This document shows, piece by piece, positions 29,856 through 40,146 of a stretch of 64,000 bases of DNA. The stretch is from Candidatus Heimdallarchaeota archaeon (GTDB lineage: Archaea > Asgardarchaeota > Heimdallarchaeia > Hodarchaeales > Hodarchaeaceae): the NCBI GenBank assembly GCA_020353515.1, contig CP070695.1:4785414-4849413 (forward strand), read 5' to 3'. Each line of letters begins with the position of its first letter. Position 1 is the first letter of the stretch. Both the position numbers and the translations under genes were made by a program. The notes under the pieces were generated by a model. It was not told the origin of the DNA. It did no database searches and worked only from the letters and a program-made list of their open reading frames with translations.

Positions 29856-30695
29856 ATGGCTATAATCTCTCTCAATAAACAACAGGTACATGGTTTCCAG
29901 ATGTGGTGGAATCAATTCTGGTCAATGACAAAAAAGGAATTTACTGTCTTAACCCGATATAAATTATCCTTTATCCTTAGTTTTTTTCAAATTTTCTTTA
30001 TTATGTTTATTTTTACAGTGGCAGCATTAGTTTTAACTCCTCCAGAAAAAACTTCTTATGGTGTTGGGATTATGTTCTATTCCTTCATTCTTTTCATGTT
30101 TCTTTCGACAGCGCTCTGGGATATAGGTAACTCATTACGAGAGGAACAATATCAAGGAACTTTAGAATCCCTATTCATGACACCAATCAGTTACTTCTCT
30201 ACTTTGGTGTCTAGGATCTTTGCTAACCTTGTATGGACAGGCCTTAATGTAATAGTTACTTTTTTCTTTATGTCATTAGTTTTTGGCAGACTCCCCCTTG
30301 CAAATTTGGGTCTAGGCCTTGTTATTTTGTTTTTTAGTCTTTTTGTATGCTTTGGTTTCTCATTTGGATTTGCTGGACTCGCTTTAAAGTACAAGGAATC
30401 CATGAACACCTTCACCAATTTCCTCCAGTTTCTTTTAATGATCATTTGTGCAATGTTCTTCCCATTTTCTGCCCTTCCAGAATTCATTCAAATTATCTCT
30501 CGATTAATTCCTTTATCCTACTGTGTGGACTTATTTCGTACTGTCATGATTGGAGAAGCACCTGAATTATTACCCTTTGAGCTTGAATTCATGATTGTAG
30601 TAATTTCAGGAATTATACTCCCCCTTCTTGGTATCTGGTACTTCCGACGTACAGTTCAAGCAGCACGACGAGAAGGTAATTTGGCTGAATATTAG
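29856..30695 (+). CDS. ABC-2 type permease
   Basis: About 6 TM helices, EEQYQGTLESLFMTP and FFPFSALP; paralog of the preceding permease. Confidence 0.9.
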   Translation: MAIISLNKQQVHGFQMWWNQFWSMTKKEFTVLTRYKLSFILSFFQIFFIMFIFTVAALVLTPPEKTSYGVGIMFYSFILFMFLSTALWDIGNSLREEQYQGTLESLFMTPISYFSTLVSRIFANLVWTGLNVIVTFFFMSLVFGRLPLANLGLGLVILFFSLFVCFGFSFGFAGLALKYKESMNTFTNFLQFLLMIICAMFFPFSALPEFIQIISRLIPLSYCVDLFRTVMIGEAPELLPFELEFMIVVISGIILPLLGIWYFRRTVQAARREGNLAEY

Positions 30696-30720
30696 AAACT
30701 ATTAGTAGAGAATGAATTCT

Positions 30721-31179
30721 TTAATTAGGTTTCTTCTTCAGTCTCGAGAATAATGATTCCCGTTTTACAAAAATCAAAACGATAAAACCAGAGACGAAAC
30801 CTATCACAAATATAGGTAGATTATATTGTGTCAATTTTAGATAATAGAACACCAAAATTATGGGTGAGCTCGGATCAAATTCAAATCCTACGAATTCACC
30901 TGCTAACATCCATCCAAATGTATAGAGAATCATTGGAAAAATAGGCCATAAAATTGACAGAAATAAAGCCTCTACTATACTACCGCTCTCTATATTATAT
31001 GAACCCACAAAGAAAGTTCCTTCCCTAGTTATTGATTCTTGAATGCTCCAATTTGATACAGATGGAAAAACAGAGATTAGAACGTAGATAAATCCTAGGA
31101 AATACCAGATTACAAGCCAAATCGGATAGTATTGTACAAAATTTTGATGTTTTGATCGAATTTTGTGTCTCTCACTCAA
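30721..31179 (-). CDS. Hypothetical membrane protein
   Basis: About 3 hydrophobic segments and a basic C-terminus. Confidence 0.6.
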   Translation of the reverse strand: MSERHKIRSKHQNFVQYYPIWLVIWYFLGFIYVLISVFPSVSNWSIQESITREGTFFVGSYNIESGSIVEALFLSILWPIFPMILYTFGWMLAGEFVGFEFDPSSPIILVFYYLKLTQYNLPIFVIGFVSGFIVLIFVKRESLFSRLKKKPN

Positions 31180-31260
31180 TTCTAATCCCCTCTGCTAAAT
31201 TATGATCTATTCCTGTTTAACCTATTTTTTATCTCTATTCATTTCTCTATCCCCCAAAAT

Positions 31261-32709
31261 TCATGGAATTAATCGTTTAAGCTGACGTACTACACCAGCT
31301 TTGAAGTAATACCAAAAAATTCTCCGTCTATACTTATTCTTGGCAAATATACCACTGAATCGTCTAGACCAACTATCATATACATGTCGATAGGCTCTAT
31401 ATAACTCTTCTTGCAATTCTACGGCACTTAAATATTTCATATCACAAACTGCGTGAATCATATCGTAATTAGTCCAATTTTCATTAATTATACGCCCTTT
31501 TCTATTAAGATCTTCATACATAGGTGTTCCAGGGTAAGGAGTCAATAGCATTGTTATGATAAAATCTGGTTTAACAACATCAGTAGCCCATTCCATGGCT
31601 TGACGGATAGAATCTCGTGTCTCATTTTCATGTCCTAGTATAATCATTAATTGTGCAAGAATGTTGTTATTTCTCAATAATTTAATTGCGTCTACAGTTT
31701 GGGCTCCTCTAATACCTTTTTGATAAGAATTTAAGACATCAGTAAATGGTGATTCTCCACCCACAAGTTGCCAATAGTTTCCAGCACGATTCATAGTCTT
31801 CAATCCATCACCCACTTTCAGAATGCTATCTACGCGCATCTGAGCAAACCATTCGATTTCATCCCCTTTTAATCCACGAGAAAGCATCTCTTGACACAGT
31901 TCTTCTATTAATTTAGGCCGTCCTCCGCAGAAGTTATCATCTGTGAACCAAAAAAACCGACTACCAAATGTATTATACATCCATTCCATTTCATCAGCAA
32001 TGCGATTGACAGATTTAGTACTCCAATGTCTACGATAGAATGTAGTTTGAGAACAAAATGTACAATCATGTGTACACCCCCGTGATCCTTCTAAGAGAAT
32101 GTAGGGAACATCACTCATAGTAGCGAAATGGTATTGGTTCAAGTCTGGAAGAAGATGGTACGCTGGATATGGCAGATTCTCTAACTCTTCACTTGATAGG
32201 GGAGGATAGTCAGGTGTTCTTCTGAATATGCCATTATCTCTGAATGCAATTCCTTGAACTTTCTTTAATCCATTTTTAGTGCAACCATATGATTGAAAAT
32301 GTTTTATTAAGTCTACAAGAGCTTTTTCTGCTTCGTAACGCATAATGATATCTATACTTGGATATTGATTAAGCGTTGTTTCGTCAAGCATAGTAAAATG
32401 CGAACCACCAGTAATGGTAATTACTTCTGGGTCTAGTTGTTTCGCAAGATCAAGTGTCCGAACCGTTTTATACGCATTACAAGTAGCGTGACTTCCTGAT
32501 CCGATGATATCAGGCTTTTCTTTTCGTATTCGTTCTGCTAATCCCTCCCAATCAAGCTTTTCAGCTTGACAATCTATGATTTGTACTTGAATTTCAGGTA
32601 ATTCCTTCTCTACAACTGCTGCTAGAATCAGGAGATTATACGGAGGGGGGAGGTACTCTCCCATCACAAACCAAAATTGTTTAGGTGGTTCTACCAGAAG
32701 TAACTTCAT
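31261..32709 (-). CDS. Cobalamin-binding (class B) radical SAM protein
   Basis: N-terminal B12-binding domain (PP..L..LA, TGGSH), SRGCTHDCTFC (CxxxCxxC), DDNF and TPYPGT. Confidence 0.92.
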   Translation of the reverse strand: MKLLLVEPPKQFWFVMGEYLPPPYNLLILAAVVEKELPEIQVQIIDCQAEKLDWEGLAERIRKEKPDIIGSGSHATCNAYKTVRTLDLAKQLDPEVITITGGSHFTMLDETTLNQYPSIDIIMRYEAEKALVDLIKHFQSYGCTKNGLKKVQGIAFRDNGIFRRTPDYPPLSSEELENLPYPAYHLLPDLNQYHFATMSDVPYILLEGSRGCTHDCTFCSQTTFYRRHWSTKSVNRIADEMEWMYNTFGSRFFWFTDDNFCGGRPKLIEELCQEMLSRGLKGDEIEWFAQMRVDSILKVGDGLKTMNRAGNYWQLVGGESPFTDVLNSYQKGIRGAQTVDAIKLLRNNNILAQLMIILGHENETRDSIRQAMEWATDVVKPDFIITMLLTPYPGTPMYEDLNRKGRIINENWTNYDMIHAVCDMKYLSAVELQEELYRAYRHVYDSWSRRFSGIFAKNKYRRRIFWYYFKAGVVRQLKRLIP

Positions 32710-32771
32710 AAATTGGGTTGAAAATCATATAGAATAAAATATTTGTCCAAAAAATTCGTTCATAATGAGAA

Positions 32772-32978
32772 TTATTCATTGATTTGAAGAATTAAATAAT
32801 GATTAAGCCATGAACAACCTATAGGGTTAAATTCCTGGCCTATGTTACATTTTTCTAAATGTTCACAAATCATACAGGGTGTATCCCATTGTCCTGATAA
32901 TTCGGGATAATTTTCTTTCGTGAGTAGCTCTTGCATTGACAATGAATTTTCCTCAAATAATAATGTCTTTTTATTCAT
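32772..32978 (-). CDS. Small Cys-rich protein resembling the TFEbeta/RPC39(C34) C-terminal 4Fe-4S domain
   Basis: PCMICEHLEKCNIGQEFNPIGCSWLNHYL matches the PCxxC-x5-C-x7-PxxCxxLxx[WY] pattern. Confidence 0.65.
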   Translation of the reverse strand: MNKKTLLFEENSLSMQELLTKENYPELSGQWDTPCMICEHLEKCNIGQEFNPIGCSWLNHYLILQINE

Positions 32979-33035
32979 TCACCTTTTTATTTCATTTTAT
33001 TCATTAGTTTTTTGCCCGTCTAAAGCATTAAAATA

Positions 33036-34634
33036 TTAATAAGTTAGTAAATCACTCATTACTGATTTTCTGATTAGTGTATCTTTGACTGTACGCCGTT
33101 TATGGGGGTAGTCATACGAGAAATGGACGCCTCTACTCTCTTTACGATGAAAAGCGCAATCGATAATCATTTGTGCAATATCAGCTAGGTTTCGGAGTTC
33201 AATTAGGTCAGACGTGATCTTAAAGTCCCAATAATACTGATTTATTTCGTTTTGGAGTAATTGAATGCGTTTTTTTGCCCTTAAAAGGCGTTTATCAGAT
33301 CTAACGATTCCCACATAGTTCCACATCATCAAACGAATCTCCATCCAGTTTTGACTGACAACCACAGATTCATCACTATCGACAGCGTCCCCTGCGTGCC
33401 AAGGGGAAAAAGGCAGTATTTCCTTATCTTTTTGTAGAATTTCTCTGCATTGTTGAGCTGCAAAATGAGCCATAACGGCAGCTTCTAATAATGAATTTGA
33501 AGCTAAGCGGTTAGCTCCATGAAATCCTGTACAGCTCACCTCACCAATCGCTAGAAGACCAGGGACGTCAGTTAATCCAGAAATAGTTGTACGGATACCA
33601 CCAATGGAATAGTGAGCTGCTGGTACAATGGGAATGGGTTCTTTAGTAATATCAATGCCAAAAGACAGACACTTCTCGTAGATGCCAGGAAATCGGTTTC
33701 TCACGAAGGAAGATTCTTTAAAGGAAATGTCCAAGTAAAGGTGGTTAACACCAGTACGTTTTAATTCCGAGTCGATTGCACGAGCTACACAATCCCTTGG
33801 TGCAAGTTCAAGTCGTGAATCATAATCTTTCATGAAACGATTACCGTCACCATCTATTAACTTTGCACCCTCACCACGGAGAGCCTCCGAAATCAAGAAT
33901 GATTTTGCATAAGGATGATACAAGAGTGTAGGATGGAATTGAATAAACTCCATGTTCATGATTGTTGCTCCTGCACGATAAGCCATTGCGATGCCATCCC
34001 CGCTCGAAACGTCTGGATTACTGGTATACAGGAAAGCTTTGCCTAAACCACCAGTCGCAAGAATCGTGACTTGAGCTGAAATGTTCTTAACTAGATCTCG
34101 GGTTTTATCAAGAACATAAGCACCCAAACACCGTCCTGCACGAATCTTCAGGTTAATAGCAATGTGTTGTTCAAGAATTTTTACCTGAGATTCTTGATTT
34201 ACTGCTACACAGAGCGCTCTATGAATTTCAGCTCCTGTTATATCTTTAGCGTGTACAATTCGACGAAATGAGTGGCCAGCTTCTAATCCAAGGTCAAAAT
34301 CGCTATTTTTAGTTTTTGAGAATTGAACACCCCATGATGCTAGCTCTCGAATGCGTTCAGGTGCTGTAGAAATAATTTGTTTAGCGATATCCATATGACA
34401 GAGTCCTTCTCCGACTGTAAGTGTATCCTGTAAATGGGCGTTAAAAGAATCCTCTGAGCGAAAAACAGAGGCTATTCCTGCCTGAGCTAAAGCTGTTGCA
34501 CAATCAGATAATGTAGTCTTGGTTAATATCACTACTTTCCCAAATTTAGCCACTTTGAGAGCAAGAGATAAACCAGCAATTCCAGAACCAATAATTAATA
34601 TGTCACATTTTACTTCAAGGTCTTCAATGTTCAA
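33036..34634 (-). CDS. nadB: L-aspartate oxidase
   Basis: GSGIAG, EAGHS..RI.H..D.TG, QFHPT, SEALRGEG, LAPRD, HGANRLASNSLLE and ESRG.H. Confidence 0.94.
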   Translation of the reverse strand: MNIEDLEVKCDILIIGSGIAGLSLALKVAKFGKVVILTKTTLSDCATALAQAGIASVFRSEDSFNAHLQDTLTVGEGLCHMDIAKQIISTAPERIRELASWGVQFSKTKNSDFDLGLEAGHSFRRIVHAKDITGAEIHRALCVAVNQESQVKILEQHIAINLKIRAGRCLGAYVLDKTRDLVKNISAQVTILATGGLGKAFLYTSNPDVSSGDGIAMAYRAGATIMNMEFIQFHPTLLYHPYAKSFLISEALRGEGAKLIDGDGNRFMKDYDSRLELAPRDCVARAIDSELKRTGVNHLYLDISFKESSFVRNRFPGIYEKCLSFGIDITKEPIPIVPAAHYSIGGIRTTISGLTDVPGLLAIGEVSCTGFHGANRLASNSLLEAAVMAHFAAQQCREILQKDKEILPFSPWHAGDAVDSDESVVVSQNWMEIRLMMWNYVGIVRSDKRLLRAKKRIQLLQNEINQYYWDFKITSDLIELRNLADIAQMIIDCAFHRKESRGVHFSYDYPHKRRTVKDTLIRKSVMSDLLTY

Positions 34635-34749
34635 TAGAACCTCATCCTATTAAGAGAAAAAGCAGCTACAAAGTAAAAAATAAACACTTATTCCCACAAA
34701 CTTTTTATCTCTTTTATATCTTTCAACACATCGCTGTAGCTGATTTACA

Positions 34750-35199
34750 ATGCCAAGAACGAGAACGAGAAATAATACAAAACCTTTCTGGATACTTGTC
34801 GTTTCAGGTCTAATGATGATTTGGGGGGGTGTAGGATACTGGACTGGTCCTGGAATTATTGGAGCAATTGGTAATTTCATTATAGACTATTTTCTGGTGA
34901 CCAATCTAACCTTAGTGTGGATAATTCGTTTATTTGTTTGGGTTTGTGCGATTTTCGGCGCATTTGGGGGGTTTTCAGTGATATCTGGAGCAATCCTCAT
35001 CTATAAAAATCGTGTGACACTAGGAAAATTTATAGTGGGGTTAGGAGCGGGTGTGGGGTTGATAAGTTTTGCTTTTTTGTTGATTATCGCAACATTAATG
35101 GGATTATGGGCCATTTTAGGAGTAATATGGGTAGTGAGTACTAATATAGGATGGATGGGGCTTGTACTTAGCATTTATGGACGAATGAAAGTTAAATAA
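34750..35199 (+). CDS. Hypothetical four-TM Gly-rich membrane protein
   Basis: Four hydrophobic segments with a GGFSVI.G motif. Confidence 0.7.
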   Translation: MPRTRTRNNTKPFWILVVSGLMMIWGGVGYWTGPGIIGAIGNFIIDYFLVTNLTLVWIIRLFVWVCAIFGAFGGFSVISGAILIYKNRVTLGKFIVGLGAGVGLISFAFLLIIATLMGLWAILGVIWVVSTNIGWMGLVLSIYGRMKVK

Positions 35200-35266
35200 G
35201 CAATTTTAATCAAGTGAATGTCAATTCCATAATCCTCTTAAGTCACTTCGAATTAACACAACGATC

Positions 35267-35782
35267 ATGAAGTGGAAGAACTCTGCATTAATAGTAATTG
35301 ATGTTCAGATAGGACTTTTTCAACGGAAGACACCTGTATTTAAGGAACAGGAATTATTAGACAATATCAATAGTATGGAGCAGCATGCTCGTTCGATCAA
35401 TATCCCAGTAATTTATATCCAACATCGAAACAAGAGTACATTAATTGAAGGGTCTAATGAATGGCAACTTCACAACCGATTACAGAAAAAGGATAGTGAT
35501 CTTCTTATTCATAAACGCCATCCAAACACATTTAAAGAAACCAATTTCAAGGAGGAACTTAAAGCGAGAAATATAGAGCAATTGATCATAGTAGGAACAT
35601 TAACAGATAATTGTGTAGCTGCAACTTGTATTGGGGGAATAGAATTAGGTTTTAAAGTAATTTTGGTCACCGATGCTCATAGTACTTTTAGCAAACCAGC
35701 CCCAGAGATCATTGAGAGATGGCACAATGAATTAAAGGAACTAGGTGTCCTTCTGGAAACTACTACGGAATTAATCACTTAG
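35267..35782 (+). CDS. Isochorismatase-family cysteine hydrolase
   Basis: ALIVIDVQ, K..PNTF and G..TDNCV..T (Asp-Lys-Cys triad). Confidence 0.9.
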   Translation: MKWKNSALIVIDVQIGLFQRKTPVFKEQELLDNINSMEQHARSINIPVIYIQHRNKSTLIEGSNEWQLHNRLQKKDSDLLIHKRHPNTFKETNFKEELKARNIEQLIIVGTLTDNCVAATCIGGIELGFKVILVTDAHSTFSKPAPEIIERWHNELKELGVLLETTTELIT

Positions 35783-35792
35783 TTGAAATCCA

Positions 35793-36929
35793 ATGACAGT
35801 TGGCAATGAAGTTTACACAAAATTACGTCAACAAATAGACAAAATGCCTATTGGGTTTCCAGCGACGGAATCTGGTGTCGAAATTCGCATATTAAAGCAA
35901 TTGTTCACACTAGAGGAAGCTCGAATCGCTTTAAATCTTAATATTATTCACGAACCCATCGAAAAAATCTATAAACGTGTCCGAAAAACCAATCTGACTA
36001 TTTCTGTTAAGGAACTAGAAAATACTTTAGAGAGATTAGTCAAAAAGGGAGCTATTACATCTAGGATCAAAAATGGGAAGAAATCGTATAGCTATCTTCA
36101 ATTTGCAATAGGGATGTATGAATATCAAGTTGATCACATTACAAAAGAATTTTACCAGGATTGTGAAGAATATCTTTTTGAGGAATTTAAAAACGAATTT
36201 TATAAAACCAAGATACCTCAATTACGGCCAATACCAATTAGTAAGAATATACCTTCTGATCATCCAATAGCGATTTATGATGATATTCGAAATATAATAG
36301 CACATACAGAGGGGGAATTCAGTGTCATGAATTGCATTTGTAAGCAGGGGAAGGATCTTGTCGAACAGAGCTGTCAAGTCACAGAAATTCGTGAGACTTG
36401 TATTCTTTTTCCCAATCCTACTTCCTATTTCAGGAGATTCAATATCAGTAGGCCTGTATCAAATGAAGAAGTACTCCAAATACTAGATCAAGCAGAAGAG
36501 GCTGGTTTAGTGATCCAACCAGGAAATTCACAAGAGCCCAATTTCATCTGCTGTTGTTGTGGAGACTGTTGTGGGGTACTAACCATGGCAAAAACATATT
36601 CCAAGCCATCAGAACTTTTTTCATCAAACTATTATGCAATTATTGATCCTGATAGGTGTAATGGTTGTGGAAGCTGCCAGAAACGTTGTCAAATGGAAGC
36701 ATTGGTCATAACAAAGGAGAAAACTAGTGTCAATTTAGATCGCTGCATAGGCTGTGGGCTATGTGTTATTAAATGTCCGAATGAAGCGATTACGCTTAAT
36801 GAAAAAGTTAAAATTACAGTTCCACCTAAAAATCGATATAATCTTTACAGAAAAATATTGTTCAAGAAATTGGGGCCAATAAAAACACTCAAAACAGGGA
36901 TGAAGATAAAATTGGGCCTGAAAGTATAA
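35793..36929 (+). CDS. 4Fe-4S dicluster protein with N-terminal winged-helix-like region
   Basis: CICK, ICCCCGDCCG, CNGCGSCQKRC and CIGCGLCVIKCP. Confidence 0.85.
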   Translation: MTVGNEVYTKLRQQIDKMPIGFPATESGVEIRILKQLFTLEEARIALNLNIIHEPIEKIYKRVRKTNLTISVKELENTLERLVKKGAITSRIKNGKKSYSYLQFAIGMYEYQVDHITKEFYQDCEEYLFEEFKNEFYKTKIPQLRPIPISKNIPSDHPIAIYDDIRNIIAHTEGEFSVMNCICKQGKDLVEQSCQVTEIRETCILFPNPTSYFRRFNISRPVSNEEVLQILDQAEEAGLVIQPGNSQEPNFICCCCGDCCGVLTMAKTYSKPSELFSSNYYAIIDPDRCNGCGSCQKRCQMEALVITKEKTSVNLDRCIGCGLCVIKCPNEAITLNEKVKITVPPKNRYNLYRKILFKKLGPIKTLKTGMKIKLGLKV

Positions 36930-36990
36930 TCAGACCTAAAAAGTGCATTTTTAAGGACGGTCAAAATGTAGTTATATTGTATCTCTATGA

Positions 36991-37004
36991 CGTGAACGTT
37001 CACG
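36991..37004. other. Perfect 14-bp palindrome CGTGAACGTTCACG between convergent genes
   Basis: Read directly from the sequence; function unknown. Confidence 0.4.
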
Positions 37005-37085
37005 CGAACTTCGTTGTTTGTTCACTATGTATTTGTGAGTATCGATTTCAAATACTTAATTTTCTGATCAATTAGGTTAGAAAAA

Positions 37086-38576
37086 TTAAGCTTTCTCACG
37101 AACTCCTGTTGCCTTTTCAGCTTTCGTACGACTTTTATATTCAAGAAATATCTCAGATAATTCTTGAATTTGCCGAAGGATATCTTGAACATTTAATTTT
37201 ACAAACTGATAATCATTGATAATAAGATGACCGTTTGCAATCACATACTGAATTTCATTCCCATTTGCAGCCCAAATTAAATTCTCTACTACATTATCTA
37301 CGCGTGTTGGTGTTAGATTGGGAACTCTTAAGTCGACGACAATTATATCTGCTAATTTTCCTGGTTTTATTGAACCTGTATTAAATCCTAAGATCTGAGC
37401 AGGTAAGGTTGTAATTCGCTCAAGAACGTCTTGAGCGGTCATTAAAGTTGCATCTTGATGAGTTGCTTTTTGAAATTGGGTAGCTACACGAGCAGCGTTG
37501 ATTATATTCTGATTATCAGCACTACCAGATCCATCAGTCGAAATTATGAACTCTATCCCTCTTTTCTTAAACTCCTGAAGGGGAGGCATTCCTGAACCAA
37601 GAATTGTGTTCGCTAGGGGATTATGTACGATCTTTGTTTTGGTTTGGGCTAGGATTTGGAGATCATTTTCCGTACAATGAACCTGATGTCCAACAAACGT
37701 TTTTTCATCAAGAAAATCAATGGAATGACCATATTCAATTGGAGTCATCCCATATTCCTCTAGGAACCATTTAGTTGTCGCTGGTTCCTCACTAGAATGA
37801 ATATGAATCAAGGTATTATGCTCTCTAGCCCACTCTTTTAACGCTTTTAGGAGCTCTGGTCCATTTGAAAAGAATTGATCTGGCCCAGGAATAATTTTGA
37901 TATTTGGGGTATCCTTATATTTTTCATATAGCTCATCAAGTCTCTCTACCGCAACTGTGGCTGGTTTATCCAATATTCTTGAATCATAATGCCTATCTTG
38001 AGATCCAACAGCAATCATAATCTTAGTTCCAGCCATCTGGTTTGCTTCGATTAATTCGTCTACATGATACTTGTTAAAATTACAATGATGAACTAATGCA
38101 GTCGTTATTCCATGTTGCAGGTCATCAATTCGTGCTTTAAGGTAAGTAATTAAATAAGGGGATCTCCCAAAATGTTTAGTTAAACTATTTTCCTCGCTAT
38201 GCAAAAAACCTGTGTATAGATTTACTGCTGAATCTAACCATGTTGTCAAGGGAACATCCTTAGCAATCCCGATAATGGGGGATTCATGATCATGACCATG
38301 CCCTTTAACAAAACCAGGTAAAGCGACCCCGTTTATCTGAGGAACCTTATCCGTTCCAATATTGTGTGAATGTGAACCAATAATCTCAATTTCCGACCCA
38401 TATTTGTTTAAAAGGTCATCAATTCTCTGTTCATTGTATTCGCCAACTTCTTTGATGTACTCCCCTTTAATAAAAATAAATCCGTCTCCAATTCGGGTTT
38501 TACGTCCTAATCTGTCAGAAAGAGGTAATAGATATTTGGTTCTAAGTAATTTGTACTTCGTCTGTCCACTAACCAT
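37086..38576 (-). CDS. Amidohydrolase-family deaminase (MTA/SAH or guanine-deaminase-like)
   Basis: PGFVKGHGH (HxH), HIHSSE, H.VH, STDG.GS and G.I..GK.AD. Confidence 0.85.
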   Translation of the reverse strand: MVSGQTKYKLLRTKYLLPLSDRLGRKTRIGDGFIFIKGEYIKEVGEYNEQRIDDLLNKYGSEIEIIGSHSHNIGTDKVPQINGVALPGFVKGHGHDHESPIIGIAKDVPLTTWLDSAVNLYTGFLHSEENSLTKHFGRSPYLITYLKARIDDLQHGITTALVHHCNFNKYHVDELIEANQMAGTKIMIAVGSQDRHYDSRILDKPATVAVERLDELYEKYKDTPNIKIIPGPDQFFSNGPELLKALKEWAREHNTLIHIHSSEEPATTKWFLEEYGMTPIEYGHSIDFLDEKTFVGHQVHCTENDLQILAQTKTKIVHNPLANTILGSGMPPLQEFKKRGIEFIISTDGSGSADNQNIINAARVATQFQKATHQDATLMTAQDVLERITTLPAQILGFNTGSIKPGKLADIIVVDLRVPNLTPTRVDNVVENLIWAANGNEIQYVIANGHLIINDYQFVKLNVQDILRQIQELSEIFLEYKSRTKAEKATGVREKA

Positions 38577-38726
38577 TAAGAAGCCTCGACTTCAGTTGTG
38601 AAGTATTTGTATTTCTCAACAGGTAGGACAGAAAAAAATGTTGAAAAAGTTAGAGATTCTTACTTCAGAAACAAGTTTAAAACATAAGACTCAGAAGTAA
38701 GTTTGTTTCCCTTGGATGGATAAAAT

Positions 38727-40109
38727 TTGGATCTTATTATCAAAAATGGAATACTTATTGACAATAATGGATGTTATCAGGCAAACCTAGCTATTGCAGA
38801 AGGAAAAATCAAAGCCATTTTCCAAGGAAATAAGAATTTTCAGGCAGAAAGAGTTATCGATGCAAGCAAAAAAATGATTTTTCCTGGAGTGGTTGATACA
38901 CATGTCCATTTTCAATTACAGGATTTAGGGAAGATTATCTCAACTGATACATTCGCATCTGGTACTCAAGCTGCTGCCTGTGGGGGAGTGACCACAGTAA
39001 TTGATTTTGCAGACCAAACGAGAGGAATATCTCCTTTAAAAGGATTTAATGAACGTAAGAAGAACGCTGATTCACAGGTAGCTATTGATTATAGTTTACA
39101 CGTTTCAAAAACCGACATTGAATTTCTTGATGAGATTCCCACTCTCATTTCTGAAGGGGTGGCAAGTTTTAAATTTTTCACCACTTATAGCTGGCGAAAC
39201 CTAGATCTTAACGATGCAGAGTTATTAGAATTATTTCAGGAGGTTAAAAAATGCAGGGGGATGGTCATGGGTCATTGCGAAAATGACTCAATGGTAATTA
39301 ATTATCGAGATACACTTATCCTAGAAGGAAAAAGAGATTCCATTTTCCATGCTCATTCCCGACCACATATTGTTGAAGAAGAAGCAATTCAGAGAGTTAT
39401 GTTATTTGCCAAAAAAACAGGAATTCATCTTCATTTAGCTCATATTACTACCAAAGAAGGTAGTGACTTATTATATCAAGCCAAACAACAAGGCCTATTT
39501 GTAACAGGTGAGACATGTCCACATTACTTGTTATTGAATGAAAGAGAATATAAAGGACCAGAAGGTTATTTAAATCTAATGTCACCACCTCTTCGGCACG
39601 TAAAAGATCAACAAGCATTATTAAAACGAGTAATTGATAATACGATCAATCAAATCACAACTGATCACTGTGAATTTTCACGTGCAAGCAAAGGTAATGG
39701 AGAATTACCGTTTCATCAAGTATTAAACGGTATACCAGGCATTGAGACTTCTTTACCTCTAATACATGATTTAATGATCAACAAACATAAATTAACGTAT
39801 CCTCAACTCATTTCTTTGATGTCAAGCAAACCTGCAAAAATATTTGGGCTTTATCCTCAAAAGGGAAGTCTGAGGATAGGAACAGATGCTGACATTGTTA
39901 TTTTTGACCCATGTTTGGAAAAACGAATCACACCTGAGATTCTCCATTATTCCATTGATTGGAATCCATTTTTGGGCAGGAAAGTCATAGGATGGCCTAT
40001 TATGACCATATTCCGAGGACACATTCTTTGTGAAAATGGAAAATTTATTGGCCCCCAAAATAAAGGCAGATATTTGAAATGTTCATACAAGAAAGCACTA
40101 AGATGTTGA
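38727..40109 (+). CDS. hydA: Dihydropyrimidinase / D-hydantoinase
   Basis: PGVVDTHVH, GGVTT, SFK (carbamylated Lys), HCEN, ETCPHYL, SPPLR, TDHC and KG....G.DAD. Confidence 0.9.
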   Translation: MDLIIKNGILIDNNGCYQANLAIAEGKIKAIFQGNKNFQAERVIDASKKMIFPGVVDTHVHFQLQDLGKIISTDTFASGTQAAACGGVTTVIDFADQTRGISPLKGFNERKKNADSQVAIDYSLHVSKTDIEFLDEIPTLISEGVASFKFFTTYSWRNLDLNDAELLELFQEVKKCRGMVMGHCENDSMVINYRDTLILEGKRDSIFHAHSRPHIVEEEAIQRVMLFAKKTGIHLHLAHITTKEGSDLLYQAKQQGLFVTGETCPHYLLLNEREYKGPEGYLNLMSPPLRHVKDQQALLKRVIDNTINQITTDHCEFSRASKGNGELPFHQVLNGIPGIETSLPLIHDLMINKHKLTYPQLISLMSSKPAKIFGLYPQKGSLRIGTDADIVIFDPCLEKRITPEILHYSIDWNPFLGRKVIGWPIMTIFRGHILCENGKFIGPQNKGRYLKCSYKKALRC

Positions 40110-40146
40110 AGAGCTTTTTTAAGGTTAATATTTTACTTACAGGATA

